From a virus (lineage: Duplodnaviria; Caudoviricetes), in IMG/VR virus record IMGVR_UViG_3300020193_000026, positions 1-56,048 of that record: 56,048 bases of DNA; one strand, written 5' to 3'. Position numbers and translations under genes: made by a program. This document shows, piece by piece, positions 1 through 9,700 of this stretch (positions are counted from its first letter, which is position 1; each line of letters opens with the position of its first letter). The notes below the pieces were generated by a model. That model saw only the letters and a program-made list of their open reading frames with translations. It did no database searches and had not been told where the DNA came from.

Positions 1-47
1 TAGTACGCCTAAATACTAGACGTTTAGAGATGGTTGGAGGCTAAAAT

Positions 48-890
48 ATGCAGGGATATTCACAGATGAACAGGGGTTATAATGAGCAGCCCGGAATCAA
101 CTGGGGTAAGGTTGCCCTCTATGGTGCAGGTGCAGCAGCAGGCTATGGTCTCATTCGCGCAGGAGCGATGAAGCTGAGGCCCCATCTAAATACAGGAATG
201 CAGAGCGGGAAGGCAATTGGTGGTGGAATCCTTGGTCTAAACATGGAGGGGGGATGGAAGGGCTTCCAAAAATTAGGGGCCTTATCCTGGGATCCTTCGC
301 TCGGAGAAAGGGCTACTGGATTGGCACAAGCCGCAAAGACGAATCAAATCATGGCGCTAAAAAAAGAGTCGCAGGAGGCGGTTAGAGCCGGTAGGGCAAA
401 AGATGCAAGACAATCAGCCAAAATTGCGTCAACTTACCAGCAAGCTGAGAGTATTGCGAGACAGCAAAAGATGGTCAACAGTCAGATTGAAATGGGCGCA
501 TCTAAAAGCAATCTGACCAAGCTCAATGCGGAGAAGGCTGCTTTGGCAGAGAGAATGACCAACACAGGCGCTCTTTTCTCTGCTCAGAATAAGGCACAGG
601 AGCTAATTAGAGCTAAAGCCGCCACAGAGAAGGCTGGGTTTGCAGGGAGACTGAAGACTTTGAAGGCCGCCCCATTGGATACACAGGCGTATATGGGTCA
701 AGCGATAGAAGAGGGGGGAGCGTTGGCCCGCTATGGATCTGCGGCAACGGGCTTCTTCGGTGCCATGGATTATGCAACGGAAGGTGGGATGAAGCGTTTT
801 GGTGTAGGTGCTGCTCGTGTAGGCCTTGCCGCAGCCGGAATTGGTCTCGGAATGAAGGCGCTAGGAGCGCTAAATCCATTTAGCGATTAA
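48..890 (+). CDS. Hypothetical Gly/Ala-rich protein with hydrophobic ends (possible internal virion or ejection protein)
   Basis: 280-aa ORF with GGAGG RBS at 36-40. Hydrophobic Gly/Ala segments at both ends (GKVALYGAGAAAGYGLI; GVGAARVGLAAAGIGLGM) flank a helical Ala/Lys/Gln-rich middle. Function is inferred only. Confidence 0.6.
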   Translation: MQGYSQMNRGYNEQPGINWGKVALYGAGAAAGYGLIRAGAMKLRPHLNTGMQSGKAIGGGILGLNMEGGWKGFQKLGALSWDPSLGERATGLAQAAKTNQIMALKKESQEAVRAGRAKDARQSAKIASTYQQAESIARQQKMVNSQIEMGASKSNLTKLNAEKAALAERMTNTGALFSAQNKAQELIRAKAATEKAGFAGRLKTLKAAPLDTQAYMGQAIEEGGALARYGSAATGFFGAMDYATEGGMKRFGVGAARVGLAAAGIGLGMKALGALNPFSD

Positions 891-898
891 GGTGGTCC

Positions 899-3800
899 GT
901 GGGTTTTCAGAAAGAAGAGCAACTGCACCCAGGGTGCGTTTTGTGCAAGCAGAAGAATGTAGCCCAGTCGGATGTTATCGACCAGGAGACTGGTCGTATA
1001 TTGGTCAAGAAGGGTGATTTTGCGATCCAGTGCAAGGGCATCCCTCTAGATCCTGTTGAGCAGGTAGTCCAGATTACCGAAAGAGCAGGGGTGAGGGATG
1101 AGCTTACTGATGGCGACATCAAAGCAATGGCGACTGTTCGTGACCCAGTCCTCTGGGCTCACGATAACGTAACCACTCTATCTGAGGAGACCGGACAGAG
1201 AGGGCCTTGGGTCCCACAAGGAGCGTCAGAGCAGAACATCGCAACCTATGGGCTAGACCCAAGTTCTGCATATTACCAAGAACTAATGGTGAAGTGCACA
1301 GCCCGACGCCAAGTCCTAAGACTGGGGCGGCGTTGCTTAGCCGCTGGCGAAATGGTTGCAATGGCGGACGGGACTTTTAAAGCCATTGATCAAATCTCTG
1401 TAGGAGATAGGGTGCTGTCTCGAAATATGTCGAGAGGGACATTCGTGTCAAAGAATGTCACGGCGATATATGAGAATGGGATTCAGAACATCTATCGGAT
1501 TACACTGAACGATGGAAGCGCCATCCGATGCACCGCTAACCACCCACTATTAAAATCTGTGGCTGGCCCTGAGGGCAGGGGGCGCTCACTTCAGTGGCAC
1601 TCGATCGAGAGCGGGCTCTCTGTCGGAGACAAGGTCCTGGTGGCGAGGGAGCTTGCTGTCTTTGGCTCAGACTCATTTGTTAACGAGGCCCGCCTTTTGG
1701 GGTATCTAGTCACAGATGGCTATCTGCCAGAGAAAGGTCAAACCCCAAAATTTACAAACACAAACCCAGCCTATCTGGAGGAAGTCGACAATTTAACTAA
1801 TGCTATTTTTGGCCAGCGAGGGCGGGTTCGTAACAAGCAAAGCAAGACATTACCGGCCTGGGATTATCACTTTACCGATGGGGATCACAGCACCCCCTCG
1901 TTCATTCGTAGCTGGCTAGAGGAATATCAGCTAATTGGAGCAAAGGCGTCGAATAAGACAGTACCAAAGAGATTATTTAGCGCCGACAAAGAAACAGTTG
2001 CACAGTTCATAAACAGATGTTGGAGTGGAGATGGTTGCGTGTTTGTGGGCCAGCCCAGGCTTGGTCGACAGCCTCAACTAGAGCTGACGCTGACAAGTGC
2101 AAGCATAGAGCTTTTAAAAGGCACCAGGTTGCTTCTAAAAAAACTTGGAGTACATTCTCGTATAAAAGAGGAGAAAGGGAGGAGCAACTGGAAGCTTTGC
2201 GTGACGGGCAAAACAGATTTAGAAGCCTTCCTGAACACTGTAGGTGATATTTTTGGGAAAGAAGCCAGATCTCAGGAAATGCGAAAAGTTTTAGGGCTTA
2301 TCACAAGACAGGCCAGAAACAAAGGGCATGCGACTGCGCGTTTGGCGAAGGTGGCTTCTATCACAAGAGATGGCAGCGAGCCAACTTTCGACATAACAGT
2401 TGATAAGTGGCATAACTTCGTGGTGGATGGGATCGTTAATCACAATAGCGGGAAGTCGTGGACGATTACGATCAAGGCATTACATAAAATGGTAACCAAC
2501 AAAGGTTACCGTGTCATGGTCATCACGCCCGCACAGGCCCAGCTAGATCTTATCTTTGATAGAGTCGATGATTTCATTGAGAACTCTACCTCTCTGAAAG
2601 CAAGCAAGGAGACCTACCGAAAGACCCCACAGAGATATATTGAGCTAACTAACGGTTCTTTCATGATCGGATTCGTTAGCGGCAATGATGGTATGCGCGG
2701 ACAGGCCGCGGATATGATCATTATTGATGAAGCTGATTATCTGGATACAGATGACCTCTCTGCCATCACTGCAATCTTGACAGAACACAACAACACAATC
2801 CTCATCGTTGCATCTACCCCAACCGGTAAGCGAGAACAGTTCTATAAGTGGGATCACGATCCGGCATTTAGGTCCTTCCACTTCCCCTCCATGTGTCGTC
2901 CAAATTGGAACGAAGGCATGGAGTTGGAGATGAAGAAGGAGAACCCTGGCGTCAAGTATCTCCATGAAATCCTTAGTGATTATGGCGAAATTGCAGACGG
3001 TGTTTTCCAGCACAGTCATATCGACAGAGCTCTGACTTACGGGGATTACCTATATGTGGATAATGAGCGGAGAGACGGTTGTATATATTGCGTAGGGGTC
3101 GACTGGAACCCTGTGCATGGAACAGAGATCGTTGTCGTCGAGACCGATCCCAAATATGGCAGGGCACAATACAAAGTTGTTGATTGTGGCCAAGTCTTCC
3201 GCGAAGGGAACACACAGATACAGGCCATCAATGAGATCATAAGACTAAACAGGAAATGGCAGCCAGAATTCATCTATGTTGATAGAGGCGCTGGCAATGT
3301 GCAGATTGAGCTGTTGCAGGAACTTGGAAGCCAGGCAGAGCCAAACACTCCAGATAAGCGCCTAGAAAATATCGTTAAGGCTGTTGACTTTGGAAGCAAG
3401 ATAGAGATGCGTCATCCGGTTGAGGGGACTGTATATAAAGAGTACGCTAAGCCTGCGGTAGTCGAGAATGCAATTCGTTACCTGGAGGCAGATCAGATTG
3501 TTCTGTCAAAGTATGACACCAACTTGATAAGAGCCTTGCGTGGCTACATCGTGCATAAGGTTAGTGCTAACGGCAGGCCCGTATACAAGATGGTCACCGA
3601 TGACATCGAAGACCATCGCCTGGACGCTTGGATGTTGGCGATGTTTGCTTTCACGATGGAATTCTCTAAGCTCGGTACGCCTCATATTGTCCCAACTGTT
3701 GCCTTTACGGGTATGTTTGGCGATGCTGTTAAGCGGGTTTCGTCTCACATTTCAGTTCCGATAGATGACAATAAGCCAACCTCTAGAGCTTTAGGGGCAA

Positions 3801-4021
3801 AAGAGCAAATAAAAATCGACCAGAGAGAACTAGCCAGAGAGAAAGAGTTGAATTATTTGCCTTCTCATACTATTATCGAGCCTACCTGGGAGAACGGACA
3901 GCGAGTCAATACAAAGATATACGATCGCACAGAGACTCTCCCGCGTAGATCTATCGGCGGTCGTCGCGACGAGAGCTCGACAAGAGGCCGAGCCCCAATA
4001 AAACGGAGTATGTTCAAATAA
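899..4021 (+). CDS. terL: Terminase large subunit (intein-containing; about 669 aa after splicing)
   Basis: GTG start. Walker A GRR|SGKS is split by an intein; Walker B MIIIDEAD; ASTP coupling motif; RNase H-like nuclease residues (VGVDWN, YVDRG, EDHRLDA). Lies upstream of the portal. Confidence 0.93.
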   Translation: MGFQKEEQLHPGCVLCKQKNVAQSDVIDQETGRILVKKGDFAIQCKGIPLDPVEQVVQITERAGVRDELTDGDIKAMATVRDPVLWAHDNVTTLSEETGQRGPWVPQGASEQNIATYGLDPSSAYYQELMVKCTARRQVLRLGRRCLAAGEMVAMADGTFKAIDQISVGDRVLSRNMSRGTFVSKNVTAIYENGIQNIYRITLNDGSAIRCTANHPLLKSVAGPEGRGRSLQWHSIESGLSVGDKVLVARELAVFGSDSFVNEARLLGYLVTDGYLPEKGQTPKFTNTNPAYLEEVDNLTNAIFGQRGRVRNKQSKTLPAWDYHFTDGDHSTPSFIRSWLEEYQLIGAKASNKTVPKRLFSADKETVAQFINRCWSGDGCVFVGQPRLGRQPQLELTLTSASIELLKGTRLLLKKLGVHSRIKEEKGRSNWKLCVTGKTDLEAFLNTVGDIFGKEARSQEMRKVLGLITRQARNKGHATARLAKVASITRDGSEPTFDITVDKWHNFVVDGIVNHNSGKSWTITIKALHKMVTNKGYRVMVITPAQAQLDLIFDRVDDFIENSTSLKASKETYRKTPQRYIELTNGSFMIGFVSGNDGMRGQAADMIIIDEADYLDTDDLSAITAILTEHNNTILIVASTPTGKREQFYKWDHDPAFRSFHFPSMCRPNWNEGMELEMKKENPGVKYLHEILSDYGEIADGVFQHSHIDRALTYGDYLYVDNERRDGCIYCVGVDWNPVHGTEIVVVETDPKYGRAQYKVVDCGQVFREGNTQIQAINEIIRLNRKWQPEFIYVDRGAGNVQIELLQELGSQAEPNTPDKRLENIVKAVDFGSKIEMRHPVEGTVYKEYAKPAVVENAIRYLEADQIVLSKYDTNLIRALRGYIVHKVSANGRPVYKMVTDDIEDHRLDAWMLAMFAFTMEFSKLGTPHIVPTVAFTGMFGDAVKRVSSHISVPIDDNKPTSRALGAKEQIKIDQRELAREKELNYLPSHTIIEPTWENGQRVNTKIYDRTETLPRRSIGGRRDESSTRGRAPIKRSMFK
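1334..2446 (+). mobile_element. Intein with LAGLIDADG homing endonuclease in TerL (371 aa)
   Basis: Begins CLAAGEMV; block B CTANHPLL; ends FVVDGIVNHN followed by Ser+1. LAGLIDADG-like motifs LLGYLVTDG and FINRCWSGDG. Removing it restores GRRSGKS. Confidence 0.93.
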
Positions 4022-4521
4022 TGATTTCAATCTATAAACTAAATGATGGGACAGGGGCTTTTGAGCCTGTATCAAGCGGCGACTTTGAAGCTCCCGCCAC
4101 ATTTAACATCTCCCCTGGCGGAAGCGCTCTTACAAAGAAGTTCTTTATCCGCAATGATGATGAGACAAAGTTCTATACAGGATTGGTCCTAAGGCCATCA
4201 GTCAATAATTCTCCGATCAGCGGTTTGTCCCTAAAGGTGAAATTACTGTCAGGCGACAAGGCCCCGTCAGACACTCGCTGGGCTGCTGTAGCAGCTAACG
4301 GTTCTCTGTCAGAGCTAGATCCAGGGGAGGCTGCTGTCCTGCAGTCGCCTCTCGATGGCGGGGCAATCGACACCAGGCTCCCGAACTTGGGGACAAAAAA
4401 CGCCGCAGACACAAAGTACTACCCGTTCTGGATCAGAATCGAAGCAGCAAAGGGCTCTCCAATTGGAGCTGTCTCTTGTGAATTGATTCTCACATACACA
4501 GAGGGCTTAGTAGATGACTAA
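4021..4521 (+). CDS. Hypothetical protein (beta-rich, likely virion-associated)
   Basis: 166-aa ORF coupled to terL by a TAATG overlap. Confidence 0.6.
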   Translation: MISIYKLNDGTGAFEPVSSGDFEAPATFNISPGGSALTKKFFIRNDDETKFYTGLVLRPSVNNSPISGLSLKVKLLSGDKAPSDTRWAAVAANGSLSELDPGEAAVLQSPLDGGAIDTRLPNLGTKNAADTKYYPFWIRIEAAKGSPIGAVSCELILTYTEGLVDD

Positions 4522-4945
4522 AGCATTCGATATGCTCATCGTAATCGCTCCAAAGAAAGAGGCCAAGCCCTTAAGCGGAGTCGAGCGAGACGCATTATTT
4601 AAGAAGCCAGATCTTGTCGACAGAAGAGCTAGAAAGGCCGGCTCCGTTCCACGGGCCGTGCTTGTTGACACAAAGGAGGAACCTTCAAGTCTTCCTCTTG
4701 AGGACATATCGACAGGATACACAGAGCTTATCGCAAGAGCCAACGGGCTCCTTTCATTACTGAGCAGCCGTGTGGGCGAGCTAACCTACGAATTCTTGCC
4801 AGAAGACAAGCCCGCCCTATCTGAAGCGATTGCTGAGACGTTCAAGGGTGAGCATCGTCGTATTACCTACCAGATGTATCTGCAGGCACTGCGATTGGAC
4901 GCCGACTTGGCTGTCGCCATAGGCGAGCAGTCCCATGGCCTTTGA
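4514..4945 (+). CDS. Hypothetical protein
   Basis: 143-aa ORF overlapping the upstream stop, GAGGG RBS. Confidence 0.55.
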   Translation: MTKAFDMLIVIAPKKEAKPLSGVERDALFKKPDLVDRRARKAGSVPRAVLVDTKEEPSSLPLEDISTGYTELIARANGLLSLLSSRVGELTYEFLPEDKPALSEAIAETFKGEHRRITYQMYLQALRLDADLAVAIGEQSHGL

Positions 4946-5397
4946 TTCGGGAAATTGATATGGGATTAGCACATCCGGTCTTAGAATTACTTTTAAACAG
5001 AAGCGCAGCGAGCTACTTAACAGAGCAGATCCGCAAGTTGTATATGCGTCTATATCCATATATGGTCTACGATTTTGGCCATATTGGAGACATAAACGAA
5101 TCACTAATCCAACTGGACGCCAAGATAGATGCATTAGCGAAGCTCCTGAGTACTCATGTTCACCCGGTTCCGCCGGGCGCTGCCGTTTCCTCTGTCGCTG
5201 CCGTTCAGCTACCAGCCCTACCTCCGACTGTTATGGCAAATGATATCGCACTAGGCTTAGTGATATTGCCCGGCGTCCCTCAGCCAACGGGCGAGGCGCT
5301 TCCGGCAGTGTTGCCGTCTAGGGTAGGCCCTCCGACGGAAATCATCGCGACTCCGCCACTAAACCCAGCTGACATCACAGGGACTGGTATAGTTTAA
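4942..5397 (+). CDS. Hypothetical protein with coiled coil and THVHP motif
   Basis: 151 aa from TTG; ATG at 4960 is an alternative start. Heptad segment ending LSTHVHPVP, then a Pro-rich tail. Confidence 0.55.
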   Translation: MIREIDMGLAHPVLELLLNRSAASYLTEQIRKLYMRLYPYMVYDFGHIGDINESLIQLDAKIDALAKLLSTHVHPVPPGAAVSSVAAVQLPALPPTVMANDIALGLVILPGVPQPTGEALPAVLPSRVGPPTEIIATPPLNPADITGTGIV

Positions 5398-6782
5398 TGA
5401 ACATCGATTATGCCCTAGCGCGCAGAAAAGACTTACAGCTAATCATAAAGGCATACGAAGACTTTCTAAGGACCCAATTGCTCAGAAGCCCAAATCGGAT
5501 GAAGGTGGCAGAGGCACTCGGGACAAAAGATATTGTCCGGACTATTGCCATGTCTGAAGTCTCCAGGTCTAGGGTCGATAGGATCATTAAGCCAAGTGAA
5601 AGCCCTCAGGGCCTTGAGGCAACATCACAACCTCTGGTAGAGGAAGCTGCTTCCTTGGGACGTGGCCTTCAGCCCATAGGCGGATCATCTGCGGGCAGGA
5701 GCGAAAGCGACCGCCTATTTAAGGATCTTTCAGAGTGTATCCCGTGCAATCTGAAGTGGGCGTTGGGCGACTTCGACTGGGATCGTTTGAAAGAGATTTT
5801 GATGCTGGATCTAAAAGCCAGGCTGGGATTCCTGGACGGGCTGGAGAGCCTCTTTAAAGGTAACCCTGTATTAGACGAACTCTGTCGGATATTGCATGCA
5901 TTTCGAGACCTTTGTCCACAGGACCTGCTAGTCCTAATTGGGATTTTGACCGCATTCATAGGGAGAGTACTAGAGTCAATTAATTTCAATCTGATGTCAG
6001 CCCTGAGTGACATATTAAGCAGTCTTCTTAGGCCTTACATTGGCGGATTAGAAGACTTCTTGAACATGTACTTACAATTCTTGTTAGATCAGGTCGATTG
6101 TATTTTGAATAGCATCGAAAACTCGGCACGGAGTCTGAGCGGCTTGAGCATTTCGAATGACCACGGCCCAAAGGCATTGCATTTCAAAAAGAAGTTGACC
6201 TCTGACGCAGCGGACGCTCAGCTTGACGATATTGCCGACACAGCCAGGCGCACAAACGAAAACATTCACGATTTTGCCAAGCAGCTAACTGGCACCCCTG
6301 ACGATATTGTTAGTTATATCCGCTCCGTTGGGCAGGAGGCTATTGATTGGATTGAGCTGAAGCTCACAAAGGTCCAAGATGCTCTGATCGACTTGTTAGG
6401 TGGTGAATGGCTAGTTACCCAGGACAACATCAGTTGGTATGAGCAGGTTAAAGCCGTAGCCACTATAATTGACATTTGTGAGGTAATTGTAAAGCTCGGG
6501 ACTCAAGAAGAACTATGTACTGAAGAGAACGCAAGGCAAATCATTGATCAGCTAAACGACCGCATTCCAAATGGGACTGTGATATCTATCAATGAGACAC
6601 CTGATTCTTCGGCAGGACGAAGTTCGGCAATTCCGGGAACGGACTCGGAGCGCACGACTAGGTCGGGGCTCTCTGAGTCAACAGTCAAGCAATTCAACTT
6701 TGCCTTAAAAAACTGTCTTCAAAAGGCCAATCCGGACGAAGAAGCTTTGTTGAGGCAATGGGCTATTGAGCTAGGGGGTTAA
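5397..6782 (+). CDS. Hypothetical alpha-helical protein with scattered Cys
   Basis: 461-aa ORF, TAATG-coupled, Leu-rich helical pattern, CIPC and other Cys; directly upstream of the portal. Confidence 0.65.
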   Translation: MNIDYALARRKDLQLIIKAYEDFLRTQLLRSPNRMKVAEALGTKDIVRTIAMSEVSRSRVDRIIKPSESPQGLEATSQPLVEEAASLGRGLQPIGGSSAGRSESDRLFKDLSECIPCNLKWALGDFDWDRLKEILMLDLKARLGFLDGLESLFKGNPVLDELCRILHAFRDLCPQDLLVLIGILTAFIGRVLESINFNLMSALSDILSSLLRPYIGGLEDFLNMYLQFLLDQVDCILNSIENSARSLSGLSISNDHGPKALHFKKKLTSDAADAQLDDIADTARRTNENIHDFAKQLTGTPDDIVSYIRSVGQEAIDWIELKLTKVQDALIDLLGGEWLVTQDNISWYEQVKAVATIIDICEVIVKLGTQEELCTEENARQIIDQLNDRIPNGTVISINETPDSSAGRSSAIPGTDSERTTRSGLSESTVKQFNFALKNCLQKANPDEEALLRQWAIELGG

Positions 6783-6783
6783 T

Positions 6784-9700
6784 GTGGAAGACATCATCGA
6801 ATTAGATCGACCAGTAAGGGATCTTCAAGAGGTTAAGCCTAGTATCAATCTGATGAAGGCCCTTTCCCCTGCGATTAAGCGTCCGACATTCACGTATAGG
6901 CTCCCTGCAAACTCTAATACACGCAAGAGTGGTGAGGCCTGGTATCCGGCTGAATATGATTTCGTCGATATTGGGATGGCAGAAGACACGGACTCTTTTG
7001 TCTATCAGGCCAACTTCAAGAAGCTTGCGCTAGCCATAAAGGCTGGGTGGGCATTTGTCTCCAGGGATCAGACATCGCTAGATTACATCAAACGACGCAT
7101 TTCCGAGATAGAGATCGCCCAGGGCCAGAGCTTTTGGGCTTTGCAGGTCGAGGTACTGAGCAACCTACTCAGATACCACAATTGCTTCCTGATTAAGGCG
7201 AGAGATATATCGACGTCAAGCGGGAAGGTAAGGAACGTTGACGGCTTCAAACTGAAGCCTATCGCTGGTTACTTCGTAGCTAGCCCAGAAACCATGCTCT
7301 TCCAGATTGGTAAGGACTATCACATTAAGGGCTACAAGCACATTATGCCGGATGGACGTGAGAAGGTATTCGCGCCAGAGGATGTAGTCCATTTCCATAT
7401 CTATAGAAAAACACATCATTTAGCAGGGACTCCATCATGGGTCCCAGTTCTCGATGACATAACCGCTCTTCGCCGCATCGAAGAAAACATCGAGAACTTA
7501 GTTCACCAACACATTCACCCCTTGTTTCAATACAAGGTAGGCACCGAACAAGCGCCAATGAAGCGTTACGAGGATGGCCTTACTGAATGTGACGTAGTCA
7601 GAGCCAAAATTCAGGATATGGCAAATGACGGTATGATCATTACTCCTGAGCGTCATGAGATAAAAGGCCTCGGCTCTGAAAGCCGGGCCTTAAGAGCTGA
7701 GACCTATCTTGAGTACTTTAAGAAGAGGGTGATCTCTGGCGCAGGTTTGTCAGAACTGGATTTCGGCTACGGGGACTGTTATGACGCACTGACAGAGACC
7801 CTCACCGAGACTGGATGGAAGAGACACTGGGAGATAGACCACACAGTAGAGAAGATCGCTACATTCAACCCAGAGACCTCTAAGATTGAATTCCATCTAC
7901 CAAATTACAAATACGAAGCCCAATATGTCGGAGATATGATTCAGTTCAGAGGAAAGCATATCGATATAAAGGTTACCCCGAACCATAAGATGTGGGCTCG
8001 TGCTCGTAATGTTGGAAGCCAATGGCAAAAGGTTGAGGCCCATGAACTCTACCACGGTAAGTGGAGCGAGTTCTATTTGCTAGAGTCAGCAGAATTTGAT
8101 AGCCAGGACATAAACGAACGCTTTACGATTAAAGCAGAAAAGCAGAAGAGGGGCCCCGCACCGACTGCGGTAGACTGCGATCTAGAATCTTTTGCGAAAG
8201 TCTTAGGGTACTTTGTCTCTGAGGGATGTCTTGACAAAGGTCGAGCCCGCAATGGTGCCTACCGAATCAATATTTCACAAAATAGAGGCGAGTCTTTCGA
8301 CAGAATTGTTGAAGCCATCTCTGATTGTGGCCTTAGTTTCAGCACGTACTTTCACCACTCCAGACCAGACGAAGGTCATATAACTATATATGGAAAGACA
8401 TTATATCACTGGTTAGAGCAGCATATCGCCCACGGCGCCCGCAACAAGAATCTGCCACAAATGGTTTTGGGCTGGCCAAAACTCGCTCGCAATGCCTTGC
8501 TCGAGGCTTTGATTGACGGTGATGGAACAGTTGACAAAAACGAGGGTGCGACAAATCGGACCTATTATACGACTAGCTCACAACTAGCTAACGATGTTCA
8601 GGTCCTTGCTCTGTCACTGGGGCTGAAAGCTAAGGTTAAGCTAACGCGACAATCCTCCGAAGCATATGGAGAATCTATCTATCGAGTCCACATCTCCGGC
8701 AGAGCCGGAGAAGAGAATAGCCGTATTGTCACAATGGATATGATCTCCAAGGTCGCATGTGATGAGCCGATCTATTGTTACAACGTCCCCAACCATCTCT
8801 TCCTGACCAGACGAAACGGGAAAGTGACAGTTCAGGGAAATACGAGCAATCGGGCGTGCTATTCGGAAGACACCGAGACGCTAACCGAGAATGGCTGGAA
8901 GCATTATTCGGAGATCTTGCCTGGAGAAAAGATCGCGACATTCAATCCGGCAAACAACCAGCTCGAATACCATGAGCCTGATGGTGGAATCTTCCTATAT
9001 GATTACGAAGGGCCAATGTACCATTTTAAAAACAGGAATGTTGACACATTGGTCACGCCAGATCACGACATGTGGGTCGAACATCGGCTTTGGAAGAGGA
9101 GTGAGTGGACGAAGGTACACGCCGAGGATATCAAATTTGAAAGATTTGGCTTCCGGACAGGTGGTATTGAGTGGGCCGGCGTAGATCCAGGGGACTTCTT
9201 ATTGCCCCATGTTCCCTACGGGCCAAATGTAAAGTGTCCAAACCAGGGGCCCTTCGAAAGAATTGACATATCTGATTGGTTGGAGTTTTTGGGATACTAC
9301 GTCTCTGAGGGCTATTTAGCAAAGGCCAGAAACAAGTGGGCCGTAACCATCAGCCAAAATAGCGTCGTAAATGCCGCAAAAACAGAGAAGATACGAAGGT
9401 GTCTTACGAGATTGCCGTTCAAGTTCAATGAGTACACAGATTCGAATGACCACACAACCCGATTCTGGATACACTGCAAGTCTCTTTACCTATACCTACA
9501 GGAGAATTGTAAAGATCATTCATACCTGAAGCAATTCCCGGAAGAGATCCTTTCGTATTCTGAGGAGTATTTAAGAATCGCCTTTGAGGCTGCCATGGCG
9601 GGTGACGGCACTTCTGACGGAAGAGAGGGTGGGTCAAGCCGAACGTACTATTCGACTTCAGACAATTTGATTGACCAGATGCAAGAAATCGCAATCAAGC

